Of a stretch of DNA of 64,000 nt, positions 18,558 through 26,961 are shown one piece after another (within the stretch, counting starts at the first letter, position 1; each line of letters begins with the position of its first letter). The notes beneath the pieces are model-generated. The model was not told where the DNA came from and made no database searches. It saw only the letters and a program-made list of their open reading frames with translations. The translations under genes were made by a program, and so were the position numbers. The DNA comes from Candidatus Heimdallarchaeota archaeon (lineage in GTDB: Archaea > Asgardarchaeota > Heimdallarchaeia > Hodarchaeales > Hodarchaeaceae): contig CP070695.1 in assembly GCA_020353515.1 (NCBI GenBank), positions 3,488,050 to 3,552,049 of the forward strand, written 5' to 3'.

Positions 18558-19301
18558 TCACCTTTTTGTATCAGTAAATCTTGAAAAGATAGAAAAGAAA
18601 TTCCTTAACTCAGTTGATTTTTCTTTTTTGATCTCCTGAGTAGTTCCTGAATATTCTGACTTGAGATATGTCGAGTCGGTTTCTTCCATGGCAAAAAGCT
18701 CCTTTTCAACCATCGCGTCTAGATCTATATCTTCCTCTTCTTCGTATTCATAAAATTGGGTTGTTGTTTCTAAAACAACGTTATCTATAATCTGGCCTAA
18801 TTCAGGGAAAATTGACATGTTTGGCCCATCCAAAGTTTTGTCACTAACAACGATATTAACCGAATCGAGAGGAGAATTAGACTCATACACAGGTACCGAG
18901 AGCATCATATGAATGGTTTCAAATATACGAGAAGAAAGTTCATTTACAATCTCAACAGATTTCATTGATGTTACACTGTCTAGGGGAAAATTACCAATTG
19001 TCAACAAGCAGGCTAAGTCTTTCTGACTTCTAACGAATATTCTGGTGCCTTCCCGTGTGCCAATATCATTTAACTCCATATTATTTCCTATCATTTCTCC
19101 AAATTGAACAATAGCGGCCATCAAACCAGCAATCAGTGTTGGATCTTTACCAGAAGTCTTTTTATAAACCCTGGAGAAAATAGGAAGACCACTACTCTTA
19201 TTTAGAAGTAAAATTTCATGTACAGATACCTTGACGTCCGCTTCCTCCGTTTGCTTATCATTTACATCCCCAAGTAATTTTTCGGCTGATATTTTTTTCA
19301 C
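18558..19301 (-). CDS. Longin-like domain protein (Asgard type), first gene of the che operon
   Basis: ILLLNKSSGLPIFSRVY...DPTLIAGLMAAIVQFGEMI matches the Asgard longin/profilin-like-fold pattern (beta-SGLP-beta, D..LI.G...AI..F); 8 nt from cheW. Confidence 0.65.
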   Translation of the reverse strand: MKKISAEKLLGDVNDKQTEEADVKVSVHEILLLNKSSGLPIFSRVYKKTSGKDPTLIAGLMAAIVQFGEMIGNNMELNDIGTREGTRIFVRSQKDLACLLTIGNFPLDSVTSMKSVEIVNELSSRIFETIHMMLSVPVYESNSPLDSVNIVVSDKTLDGPNMSIFPELGQIIDNVVLETTTQFYEYEEEEDIDLDAMVEKELFAMEETDSTYLKSEYSGTTQEIKKEKSTELRNFFSIFSRFTDTKR

Positions 19302-19706
19302 CGCGACATTATTTCATCTTGGATTGTAGATATTTATATTTAATCGATTGTAATCTAGATTTAGTGGTTTAATTGTCTAGTTTTATCTATTTATTCAGGA
19401 TAGAAAACACCTATTGTAAATTTTACAACAAAATTTCTTCTCACATAGGTTTTTTATATATATAAACTATAAAGGTATTTGATAATGCTTGTACAATAAT
19501 ATGAATTGTATTACTATATAAAAACATTCACAAATAATCCTTACTCCATTTATTAGAACGAGTCACTAAAAATATCGATAAATACTGAAAATTAAAATTA
19601 AATTGACAATGTTTGAATAATTAAGATTAAAATTCACTCCATATATAACAAAAAGAAACTACATCCTTCTGTGGTTAATTTATAGTTTAGTTAGGAAGTT
19701 TTAAGC

Positions 19707-20801
19707 TTAAATCCAACCATGTTTGTGAATTAATATCGGGATTTTATGTAATGGTATGATTTCATCAGCATATTTTCCTTCGATAATCGCTTTTGGCATG
19801 GATGGAATAACACAGGTAGATTCATGCTCAGCAAATATTTTTCCCCCGACAGACTTAATCTTCTCTGCACCTAAAAATCCATCTTTTCCCATCCCAGTAA
19901 GAACAATACCAAGAACATTTTTTTTATATACCCTAGCAGCATCAACAAAAGTAACATCAATAGCAGGTATGACAAAATTTATCCTTTCATCAATGAATAG
20001 ACGAAAGGTCTTATCTCTATTAATACCACAATGTTTTCCACCAGGGGCTATATAGACACGATTTGGTAAGATTTTTTCTTTATTATTTGGAATTTTGATA
20101 ATAAGATGAGGATATAAACTCTGTAATCTTTTCACCCAAGGATCTACCATTTGTTCTGGCATATGTTGTACTACTATAATTGGTGGAGATTTGACTGGAA
20201 TTTTTGAAAGTATTAACGAAATTGCACGAGGACCCCCCGTCGAAGCTCCTATTACTAATAATAAATCACTAAATTGTTCTGATATTACTTCAGACTTTGC
20301 TTCTACAGTAGGTTTTGTTTCTTCTTCTTGTAAAAAAGTTTTGAAATCAAAACCTGCATAGGCACGAGCTAAATCTATTTGAGAAAGGTTAGAAATTTTG
20401 TAGAATAATTCTCTTTTAAACCGATTAACATCATTTAGAACCATTGGATCTGGTTTTTTAACAAATTCTACTCCACCAGACTCAAAAACTGACATACCTA
20501 TGTTAGAAAGAGAACGATTCACTTCTCTTTTTGATAGGCCAGAAATCATGATTACTGGAGTAGGAAATCGATCCATAATGTGCTTAATGGTCTCGAAACC
20601 GTCCATTTCAGGCATTATAGCATCAACAAGTACAACATCAGGGGAATATTTGGGTAAAGCCATTTTCATTAAAGCTATTTTACCATTTGGAGCTCCCCCG
20701 ATGACTTCTATGTTTCTTTGACTATCAATGATCATTTTGGTTATTTGATGTCTAATAACTGCTGAATCATCGATTAAAAAGACCTTTATTACTCCTTTCA
20801 T
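19707..20801 (-). CDS. cheB: Chemotaxis methylesterase CheB, copy 2
   Basis: LIDDS, VDAIMPEMDG, GASTGGP, QHMP, LTGMGKDG. Confidence 0.93.
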   Translation of the reverse strand: MKGVIKVFLIDDSAVIRHQITKMIIDSQRNIEVIGGAPNGKIALMKMALPKYSPDVVLVDAIMPEMDGFETIKHIMDRFPTPVIMISGLSKREVNRSLSNIGMSVFESGGVEFVKKPDPMVLNDVNRFKRELFYKISNLSQIDLARAYAGFDFKTFLQEEETKPTVEAKSEVISEQFSDLLLVIGASTGGPRAISLILSKIPVKSPPIIVVQHMPEQMVDPWVKRLQSLYPHLIIKIPNNKEKILPNRVYIAPGGKHCGINRDKTFRLFIDERINFVIPAIDVTFVDAARVYKKNVLGIVLTGMGKDGFLGAEKIKSVGGKIFAEHESTCVIPSMPKAIIEGKYADEIIPLHKIPILIHKHGWI

Positions 20802-20944
20802 TAAAAATATCTACCTTTTCATCATCATAATAGGAAAAATCAGCTTTTGTTATCTCGAAAAAATAGTCTCAATCATAGTTTATATCCAGCTCCAAATGTA
20901 ATCATTCTTTCTTTAACCATTGGGATAGCCGATCAAAGTAAAAA

Positions 20945-21700
20945 TTAATAAAAACCGTCAAGAAACGCCCGTACATTTTTTCCGAGAACATAATGATTAT
21001 ATCCTCCCTCTAACACTCCAAATCGCCTACATGAGCCTTGATCTTCAGAATATTCGCGGATAATTTTACCGATTGATTTATAATCTTCCGTCGTTAATAA
21101 TCCCCCCCAATCTTTTTCATGCCTATCAAAACCAGCTGATACTCCAATTATATCAACTTCAGAGAGGTCAGAAAGAAATCTCCTCACATTTTGAACAAAT
21201 TGATCTCGTGACCTCCCTTCTACATGATAATATTCCACATTTTGCGAATTACGAAAAGTATTATGTGTTCCATCTCCAAAATGTAGATCAAAATCAATAA
21301 TTACTGCTTTAGATATTTGATTCTCTGATATAAGTCTTTTGATTGCAATAGCGATGTTATTGAAATAACAAAATCCCCAAAATCCTTCAGGACTGGCATG
21401 ATGTCCTGGTGGTCGTATCAAAGCAAACATTGGTTCATTATGATTACAAGCGTAATCACTAGCTAAGATTGCACCTCCAGCTGCTAGTAATGCTATAGCA
21501 TAAACTCGAGAGTTTTTCACACGTAAAAGATGATTTTCTGTATGAACTAATAAAATATCATTATCTATCGCTGGTTTAGGACTTTTTAAATTATAATCGT
21601 GCAAGTCCTCCACGATAGCTTCCATACGGCCTGAATCCGCAGCTGGATCAGAAGTATAAACCTTATAGTAGTCTTGGTGAAAAATGACATGCTTTTTCAT
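20945..21700 (-). CDS. Zn-dependent histone deacetylase family protein
   Basis: RPPGHHA, GFCYFNN, DFDLHFGDGT, SAGFD, EGGY. Confidence 0.92.
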   Translation of the reverse strand: MKKHVIFHQDYYKVYTSDPAADSGRMEAIVEDLHDYNLKSPKPAIDNDILLVHTENHLLRVKNSRVYAIALLAAGGAILASDYACNHNEPMFALIRPPGHHASPEGFWGFCYFNNIAIAIKRLISENQISKAVIIDFDLHFGDGTHNTFRNSQNVEYYHVEGRSRDQFVQNVRRFLSDLSEVDIIGVSAGFDRHEKDWGGLLTTEDYKSIGKIIREYSEDQGSCRRFGVLEGGYNHYVLGKNVRAFLDGFY

Positions 21701-21717
21701 TGGTAAACTCCTTACTC

Positions 21718-24078
21718 CTATTTTTTTCTAGTTTTTTCTTTTGCAAATCGCCAATATAATTCGAACTGTAAAATTTCGTGAATTTTTGTTACATCTCTAG
21801 AGTTCATTCCTAGACACTCTATAAGAACAAGATGATCAAGTTGGTTCACAAATTTTGAATAATCTGAAATTAATTTTTTTGTTGTAAGGATTGATTCTAT
21901 TTTTGTTTCTTTATGACTAGAAATACAAGCTTGAAATTGATTAATATGGTTTTTAGAAAGTTTTCTGGGATTTAATACCAGTAAATTTTGACATTCTTGC
22001 AGGGAGAGTTTAAGCGACCCAAGTCCGAGGGTTCTTGTACCCTGTATTTCCCTAAGTAATATCCCTAGAGTTGAATTTAAGAAACCAAGAAGAGGAAATA
22101 ACCAATCCTTGTTGTTTGCCCAAAAACCAATCCATTGCTTATCAATATGGAGTTCATCAGAATTATAGATAACAAAAGATCGTTTAAAACTCATATTCGG
22201 TATTAATATCTCTGGTTGTATTAATGGTACCTGATACCAATTCTCCTTTGTTCTATTCTTAAAATATGGACGTTTTAATATGTCATCCTGATTTTTATTG
22301 ATATAATCTTGTAGTTCATTTGGACTATCTTCTGTAAGTTTTCTAGGAATGTGAAGGAAATATCCTAATTCTTTGGATGGAGAGAAGATTGTACCCCATT
22401 CTTTAGGGGATTTTGTCATAAGATATAGGTTCTCTTTTGGAAAGTTAAATTGCTTCTTCAATTTCTTGGTAAAGTAAAAAAACCGATTAGCTCCCGTGGT
22501 TGATCCCATTTCTAGCTTTCCAAGATCTTTTAACAAACAAAATTGATCTTTTTTATCTTTTAGTAGTTTTATAAGATAAGAAGACATTGTAAGATAATCT
22601 AATCTTAAAAAAGGAAAAAGTTTCCTTGAATTCATCATTAAAGGAGTTAAATCAGAAATTAGAGAAATTCTATATAAATCAGTTTCCTTTGTTTGTATCT
22701 CAAATCGGATATTAGCAGGCTTAAAAGAAAGCTTTTCTAAATCCTTTGTGAAATTATGTATCCCAAACTGTAATAAAGACTTTAGAGAGTTTTTCCATAC
22801 AATTATGGTTGTATTTTTAAGTTCAGCTTTTTTATGAATCCTGTGTCCGATAACAATATGAGTTCGAATTTCTGCATTATCCCAAACTTCAAACGGTAAC
22901 TCTAAAATGAGATCTAAACAAAAAGATGTTAGAAAGATTTGTTTAAGTGGATTTGTATATCGAGAAGACAACCAAGCTCGAGATAAGACAAATGCGATTG
23001 TACCTCCTCCAACAACTTGCGTAATAGCTTTTAACCAAAAATAGATATATAAGTCTGCTTTTTTATCCCATTTGAGTGATATTTCTGAAAATAAATATTT
23101 GAAAAACTTTGAAATATCCTTTGTAGTTTTAATAGAAGTATTTTTAATTCCATGATGTCGAACATAAGGAGGATTTCCAATTATAATGTGAAATTTGTGA
23201 TGAGAGGATTTATCATCACTAAGAAAATCAGTTTCGAAGATTTGGAATTTTTTGATTAAAGAATTCAGTTTTTTTTCTGAAAATGTCTCGTTTGGAATAT
23301 ATTTCAGATATTGGTGTAGGAGTATAATCTTAGCACACTTGACAATACGAGAGTCAATATCATATCCATAAAGGCGTGAGAATAAAGTATTCATAATTTC
23401 TATCTTTTCTTCTGGTGATATATTAACATTTATTGGATTAGCAAGTATAATGGATAATAGGAGTCTACTCATTTCTGCAAGAAACATTCCTGTTCCACAG
23501 CTTGGATCTAAAATCCTAATACTCGCTATTCTATCAACAATTTGATAATTATCTATGAACTGATAATTTACAGGATATTTACCTCTAAAACTGAGTTCGT
23601 GAAGAGATTTATCATCTAGAGCAATATCCTTTCTGTTACTGAGAAATGAAAACAAAGCATAACGACATATTACCTTAATTTGATTCAAGGGAGTAAAAAA
23701 TATTCCAGATTTTTTTCGTTCATTTGGTTTTCTCAGATTTTCATGAAAATTTGAAAAGATATAAGGCTCAAGATGGTTCTTGTCGTCCTCAATTCTCTTT
23801 AAAAAAATCCACCACCAATCATCCTGATTTAAATAGCTTAGAAATGATTCATTCATTCGAAACTCAAAATAATGTTTAAGCCATTTTATTTCCCAATAAT
23901 TTGATCTTTTAGCTAACTGGACTAGATAAGTTTCTTTGTCTACGAAAAGGAACTGATTTAAACTTGGAAACAGAAATAAAATACTAAATGTTAGGCTGAA
24001 AAAGTTATATAACTCTGGCCATTTATGAGATTCTTTTGTTATATGCTTTAAACATTTAGTCCACTCATTCACTATCAT
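21718..24078 (-). CDS. Gamma-class N6-adenine DNA methyltransferase (Eco57I-like)
   Basis: RKKSGIFFTP, ILDPSCGTGMFL, YGYDID, IIGNPPYVR, ADLYIYF. Confidence 0.85.
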   Translation of the reverse strand: MIVNEWTKCLKHITKESHKWPELYNFFSLTFSILFLFPSLNQFLFVDKETYLVQLAKRSNYWEIKWLKHYFEFRMNESFLSYLNQDDWWWIFLKRIEDDKNHLEPYIFSNFHENLRKPNERKKSGIFFTPLNQIKVICRYALFSFLSNRKDIALDDKSLHELSFRGKYPVNYQFIDNYQIVDRIASIRILDPSCGTGMFLAEMSRLLLSIILANPINVNISPEEKIEIMNTLFSRLYGYDIDSRIVKCAKIILLHQYLKYIPNETFSEKKLNSLIKKFQIFETDFLSDDKSSHHKFHIIIGNPPYVRHHGIKNTSIKTTKDISKFFKYLFSEISLKWDKKADLYIYFWLKAITQVVGGGTIAFVLSRAWLSSRYTNPLKQIFLTSFCLDLILELPFEVWDNAEIRTHIVIGHRIHKKAELKNTTIIVWKNSLKSLLQFGIHNFTKDLEKLSFKPANIRFEIQTKETDLYRISLISDLTPLMMNSRKLFPFLRLDYLTMSSYLIKLLKDKKDQFCLLKDLGKLEMGSTTGANRFFYFTKKLKKQFNFPKENLYLMTKSPKEWGTIFSPSKELGYFLHIPRKLTEDSPNELQDYINKNQDDILKRPYFKNRTKENWYQVPLIQPEILIPNMSFKRSFVIYNSDELHIDKQWIGFWANNKDWLFPLLGFLNSTLGILLREIQGTRTLGLGSLKLSLQECQNLLVLNPRKLSKNHINQFQACISSHKETKIESILTTKKLISDYSKFVNQLDHLVLIECLGMNSRDVTKIHEILQFELYWRFAKEKTRKK

Positions 24079-24110
24079 TCGCTCTTTTTCCTAATTTAGC
24101 TCGGAGTTTG

Positions 24111-24575
24111 TTAAGTTTGGCTAATAATATCCAAATTAGGTGCCCCATTAGGCAGAAGAATGTCCTTTTTTAACAATTGGATAAGAACTCCGTGAGTAGA
24201 TTTCGGGTGAAAAAAAACTGAAAGAACATCTTGAGTGGGAGTTCTTCCAGCTAGAGGAAATCCTGCTTTTTCAAATTCTTCTATTGTACGTAAAATATCA
24301 GTTGATTCAAAGGCGATATGGAATAAGCCTTCACCTTTTTTCTCTAAATATCTCTTAGTCGGGCCATCAGTCAGAGGAGAGACAAGTTCGATATAGCAGT
24401 TATTTCCAAGGGGAATAAAAGCATATTTGAATTCCTCTACTTCTTTCCCTGTTGCATAATATTGTGTATGGATCTTTATCTTGTCACTATTCTGTCCGAA
24501 TGCATTACAATATTTTGAGATAGCTAATTCTAAATTATGCACAACTACCCCTATATGGTGAAAATTTGTATCCAA
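24111..24575 (-). CDS. VOC/glyoxalase family protein, methylmalonyl-CoA epimerase-like
   Basis: FHHIGVVV, IELVSP, GEGLFHIAF, FFHPKSTHGVLIQL. Confidence 0.8.
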   Translation of the reverse strand: MDTNFHHIGVVVHNLELAISKYCNAFGQNSDKIKIHTQYYATGKEVEEFKYAFIPLGNNCYIELVSPLTDGPTKRYLEKKGEGLFHIAFESTDILRTIEEFEKAGFPLAGRTPTQDVLSVFFHPKSTHGVLIQLLKKDILLPNGAPNLDIISQT

Positions 24576-24689
24576 ATTGAAATCCTCTCACATCTAGTTG
24601 AGTTACTTTTTCGAATTCAGTTTGATCAAAAATATTTGTACCAATTATCAACAAATAATTTAATTAAGAGTTTGGGTGATCAATTGTGT

Positions 24690-25916
24690 ATGAAAGCTCT
24701 TAGGTTTCATGCAAGTATTCCTAGATATATTACTACAAAATTACTTGGAAAAATAACCAAATCTGCCTATTTAAGTTTTTTTCCCCCTACAAAATTAGAT
24801 GATATTCCAGAACCAGTTGTGCGAAAAGATTGGGTGAAAATAGAAACAAAATTTGCTGGAATATGTGGTTCTGATGTTAACACGATTCTATTACAGGAAA
24901 GTCCTCTTTTAGAACCGTTATGTTCTTTCCCTGCAGTTCTTGGTCACGAAAATGTAGGAATAGTTAAAGAGATAGGCTCTAATGTAAAAAATGTAAATAT
25001 TGGAGATCGGGTTGTTATAGATCCCATTCTGTCCTGTATACCAAGGGGTATTAAACCTGTTTGCCAAAATTGTGAAAAAGGAGATACAGTTTGCTGTGAG
25101 AATTTTGATAGAGGGAACCTTAGTCCTGCTTTCGATATAGGTTGGTGTCGAGATACTGGTGGTACTTTTAGTCAATATTACTTGGCACATGGATCTCAAA
25201 TTCACACTGTCCCTGATAATGTCACAGATGAGAATGCAGTCTTAGTTGAACCATTTTCAATCGGAATTCATGCTGTATTACAACATTTTCCTAAGGATAA
25301 TGAAACTGTCATCGTTATTGGAACAGGTGTTATTGGTTTGATGGTTATAATAGCCCTCAGATCATTAGGAAGCAAAGCAAAGATAATAGCAATTGATAAA
25401 AGAGAATATCAAGGAAAATTAGCTTTAGAAAAAGCTGGAGCAAATTCATTTATTTGCGTCAAAAAAGGTTATTATCAAGAATTTGCCAAACATTTCAAAG
25501 CTCGAATTTACAAACCCATATTAGAGAAAAAAGAGCTAATCGTTGGAGGAGGTGCTGATATGGTATTTGAGTGCGTTGGAATACCAAGCACTATTGAAGA
25601 CGCTTTACGCTTTACAAAATCAGGAGGAAAAATGATTTTAATAGGTAATCCTCATCAGATCAACGTAGATTGGTCATTAATTTGGTTTAGAGAACTAAAA
25701 GTTATCGGATCATTTGGGTCAACATTAGAAAGGGAAGATGATAAAGCACACGCTTTCGATATTGCTTTAGAATTAATGTCTTCTGGGGAAGTCGATGTAT
25801 CATGGATGATTACTCACAAATTCGACTTTCCTAAGAATTATAAGAGAGGAATTAAATATTCAATGAATAAGGAACGGTTTAGAGTTATTAAGGCTATTTT
25901 TTCTTTTACTTATTGA
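24690..25916 (+). CDS. Zn-dependent alcohol dehydrogenase (MDR family)
   Basis: GICGSD, GHE, Cys cluster, GTGVIG. Start moved to ATG 24690 (SD GGTGA at 24675), which removes the overlap with the VOC gene. Confidence 0.88.
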   Translation: MKALRFHASIPRYITTKLLGKITKSAYLSFFPPTKLDDIPEPVVRKDWVKIETKFAGICGSDVNTILLQESPLLEPLCSFPAVLGHENVGIVKEIGSNVKNVNIGDRVVIDPILSCIPRGIKPVCQNCEKGDTVCCENFDRGNLSPAFDIGWCRDTGGTFSQYYLAHGSQIHTVPDNVTDENAVLVEPFSIGIHAVLQHFPKDNETVIVIGTGVIGLMVIIALRSLGSKAKIIAIDKREYQGKLALEKAGANSFICVKKGYYQEFAKHFKARIYKPILEKKELIVGGGADMVFECVGIPSTIEDALRFTKSGGKMILIGNPHQINVDWSLIWFRELKVIGSFGSTLEREDDKAHAFDIALELMSSGEVDVSWMITHKFDFPKNYKRGIKYSMNKERFRVIKAIFSFTY

Positions 25917-25918
25917 TA

Positions 25919-26938
25919 TTATTTTTCAAGTTCTACCAAAACTTTCACTGTGATTGAATTAGGATGCAAGATTGCTTCAAAACCCTTGTCTACTATATCT
26001 TCTAATTTGATTATATGGGATATCATTGGTTTAACTTGAACTCGTTTCTTTGCAATGAGTTGCAGAGCTGTTTCAAACTCTGTATAACCACAATAAGCAA
26101 ATAAAAGTTTCAACTCATATTTAACAGCTGTTAAAAAGTCGACTTCTACAGGAAGTTCATAGAAACCTAAAACTAAAAAGTTTCCTCCTTTATTTAGTGA
26201 GGTGAAGGATTCTGATATCGCCTCAGGGGCACCTGTGCACTCAACAACTATATCTATCCCCTTACTGTTTGTAAAGTATTCTAATCTTTCTTGAACATCT
26301 TCTTGAGATGGATCAATTACAAAATCAGCACCCAATAAATCAGCGAGATTTCTTCGTATCTTATTTTTTTCAATTACCCCAACTAAGTTTGCCCCTTGAA
26401 GCTTCCCAACTTGAACAGAATATAGTCCTACTGCTCCTGCTCCTTGAACGATAACATTTGAACCTAGAATCGGTTCCCTGATCCGTTTATATCCATGTAA
26501 AACTGTAGTTAAAGGCTCCACTACAGCTGCTTCTTCATAACTCACTTCTTCAGGAATTCTATATAATGCTGTTTGTGGTAATATAACTAAATCTGCAAAT
26601 CCACCATTTATGGTTATTCCTGGCATCTTTTTATTGTTACATAAATTATGGCGGCCTTGTTTGCACAAACTACACAGATTACAAGGAATAACAGAATTTG
26701 GAACTACTCGATCTCCAATTTCCCATCCCATGACCTTTTGGCCGATATCAACTATTTTCCCAGAAAATTCATGACCTAGTATTATTTCACTTCCGTTCCT
26801 ATATTGATAAAAGCCCAAATCGTTGCTACTTATTCCGCAATATTTTGGACGAATCAACACATCATGTTTACCCATTTCTGGATCAGGTACCTCTTTTACA
26901 ACAATGTCTTTACTTTCCTGTAAGACAGCTGCCCTCAT
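25919..26938 (-). CDS. Zn-dependent dehydrogenase (sorbitol/butanediol dehydrogenase-like MDR)
   Basis: GHEFSG, CNLCSLC..GRHNLC, GAGAVG, VECTG. Confidence 0.88.
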   Translation of the reverse strand: MRAAVLQESKDIVVKEVPDPEMGKHDVLIRPKYCGISSNDLGFYQYRNGSEIILGHEFSGKIVDIGQKVMGWEIGDRVVPNSVIPCNLCSLCKQGRHNLCNNKKMPGITINGGFADLVILPQTALYRIPEEVSYEEAAVVEPLTTVLHGYKRIREPILGSNVIVQGAGAVGLYSVQVGKLQGANLVGVIEKNKIRRNLADLLGADFVIDPSQEDVQERLEYFTNSKGIDIVVECTGAPEAISESFTSLNKGGNFLVLGFYELPVEVDFLTAVKYELKLLFAYCGYTEFETALQLIAKKRVQVKPMISHIIKLEDIVDKGFEAILHPNSITVKVLVELEK

Positions 26939-26961
26939 TTGTAATCATCACTTTTTTTTTT

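Noticed and set aside
24537-24689. N-terminal extension of the ADH in the ORF track
   Set aside because: Overlaps the divergent VOC gene; a better ATG with SD exists at 24690.
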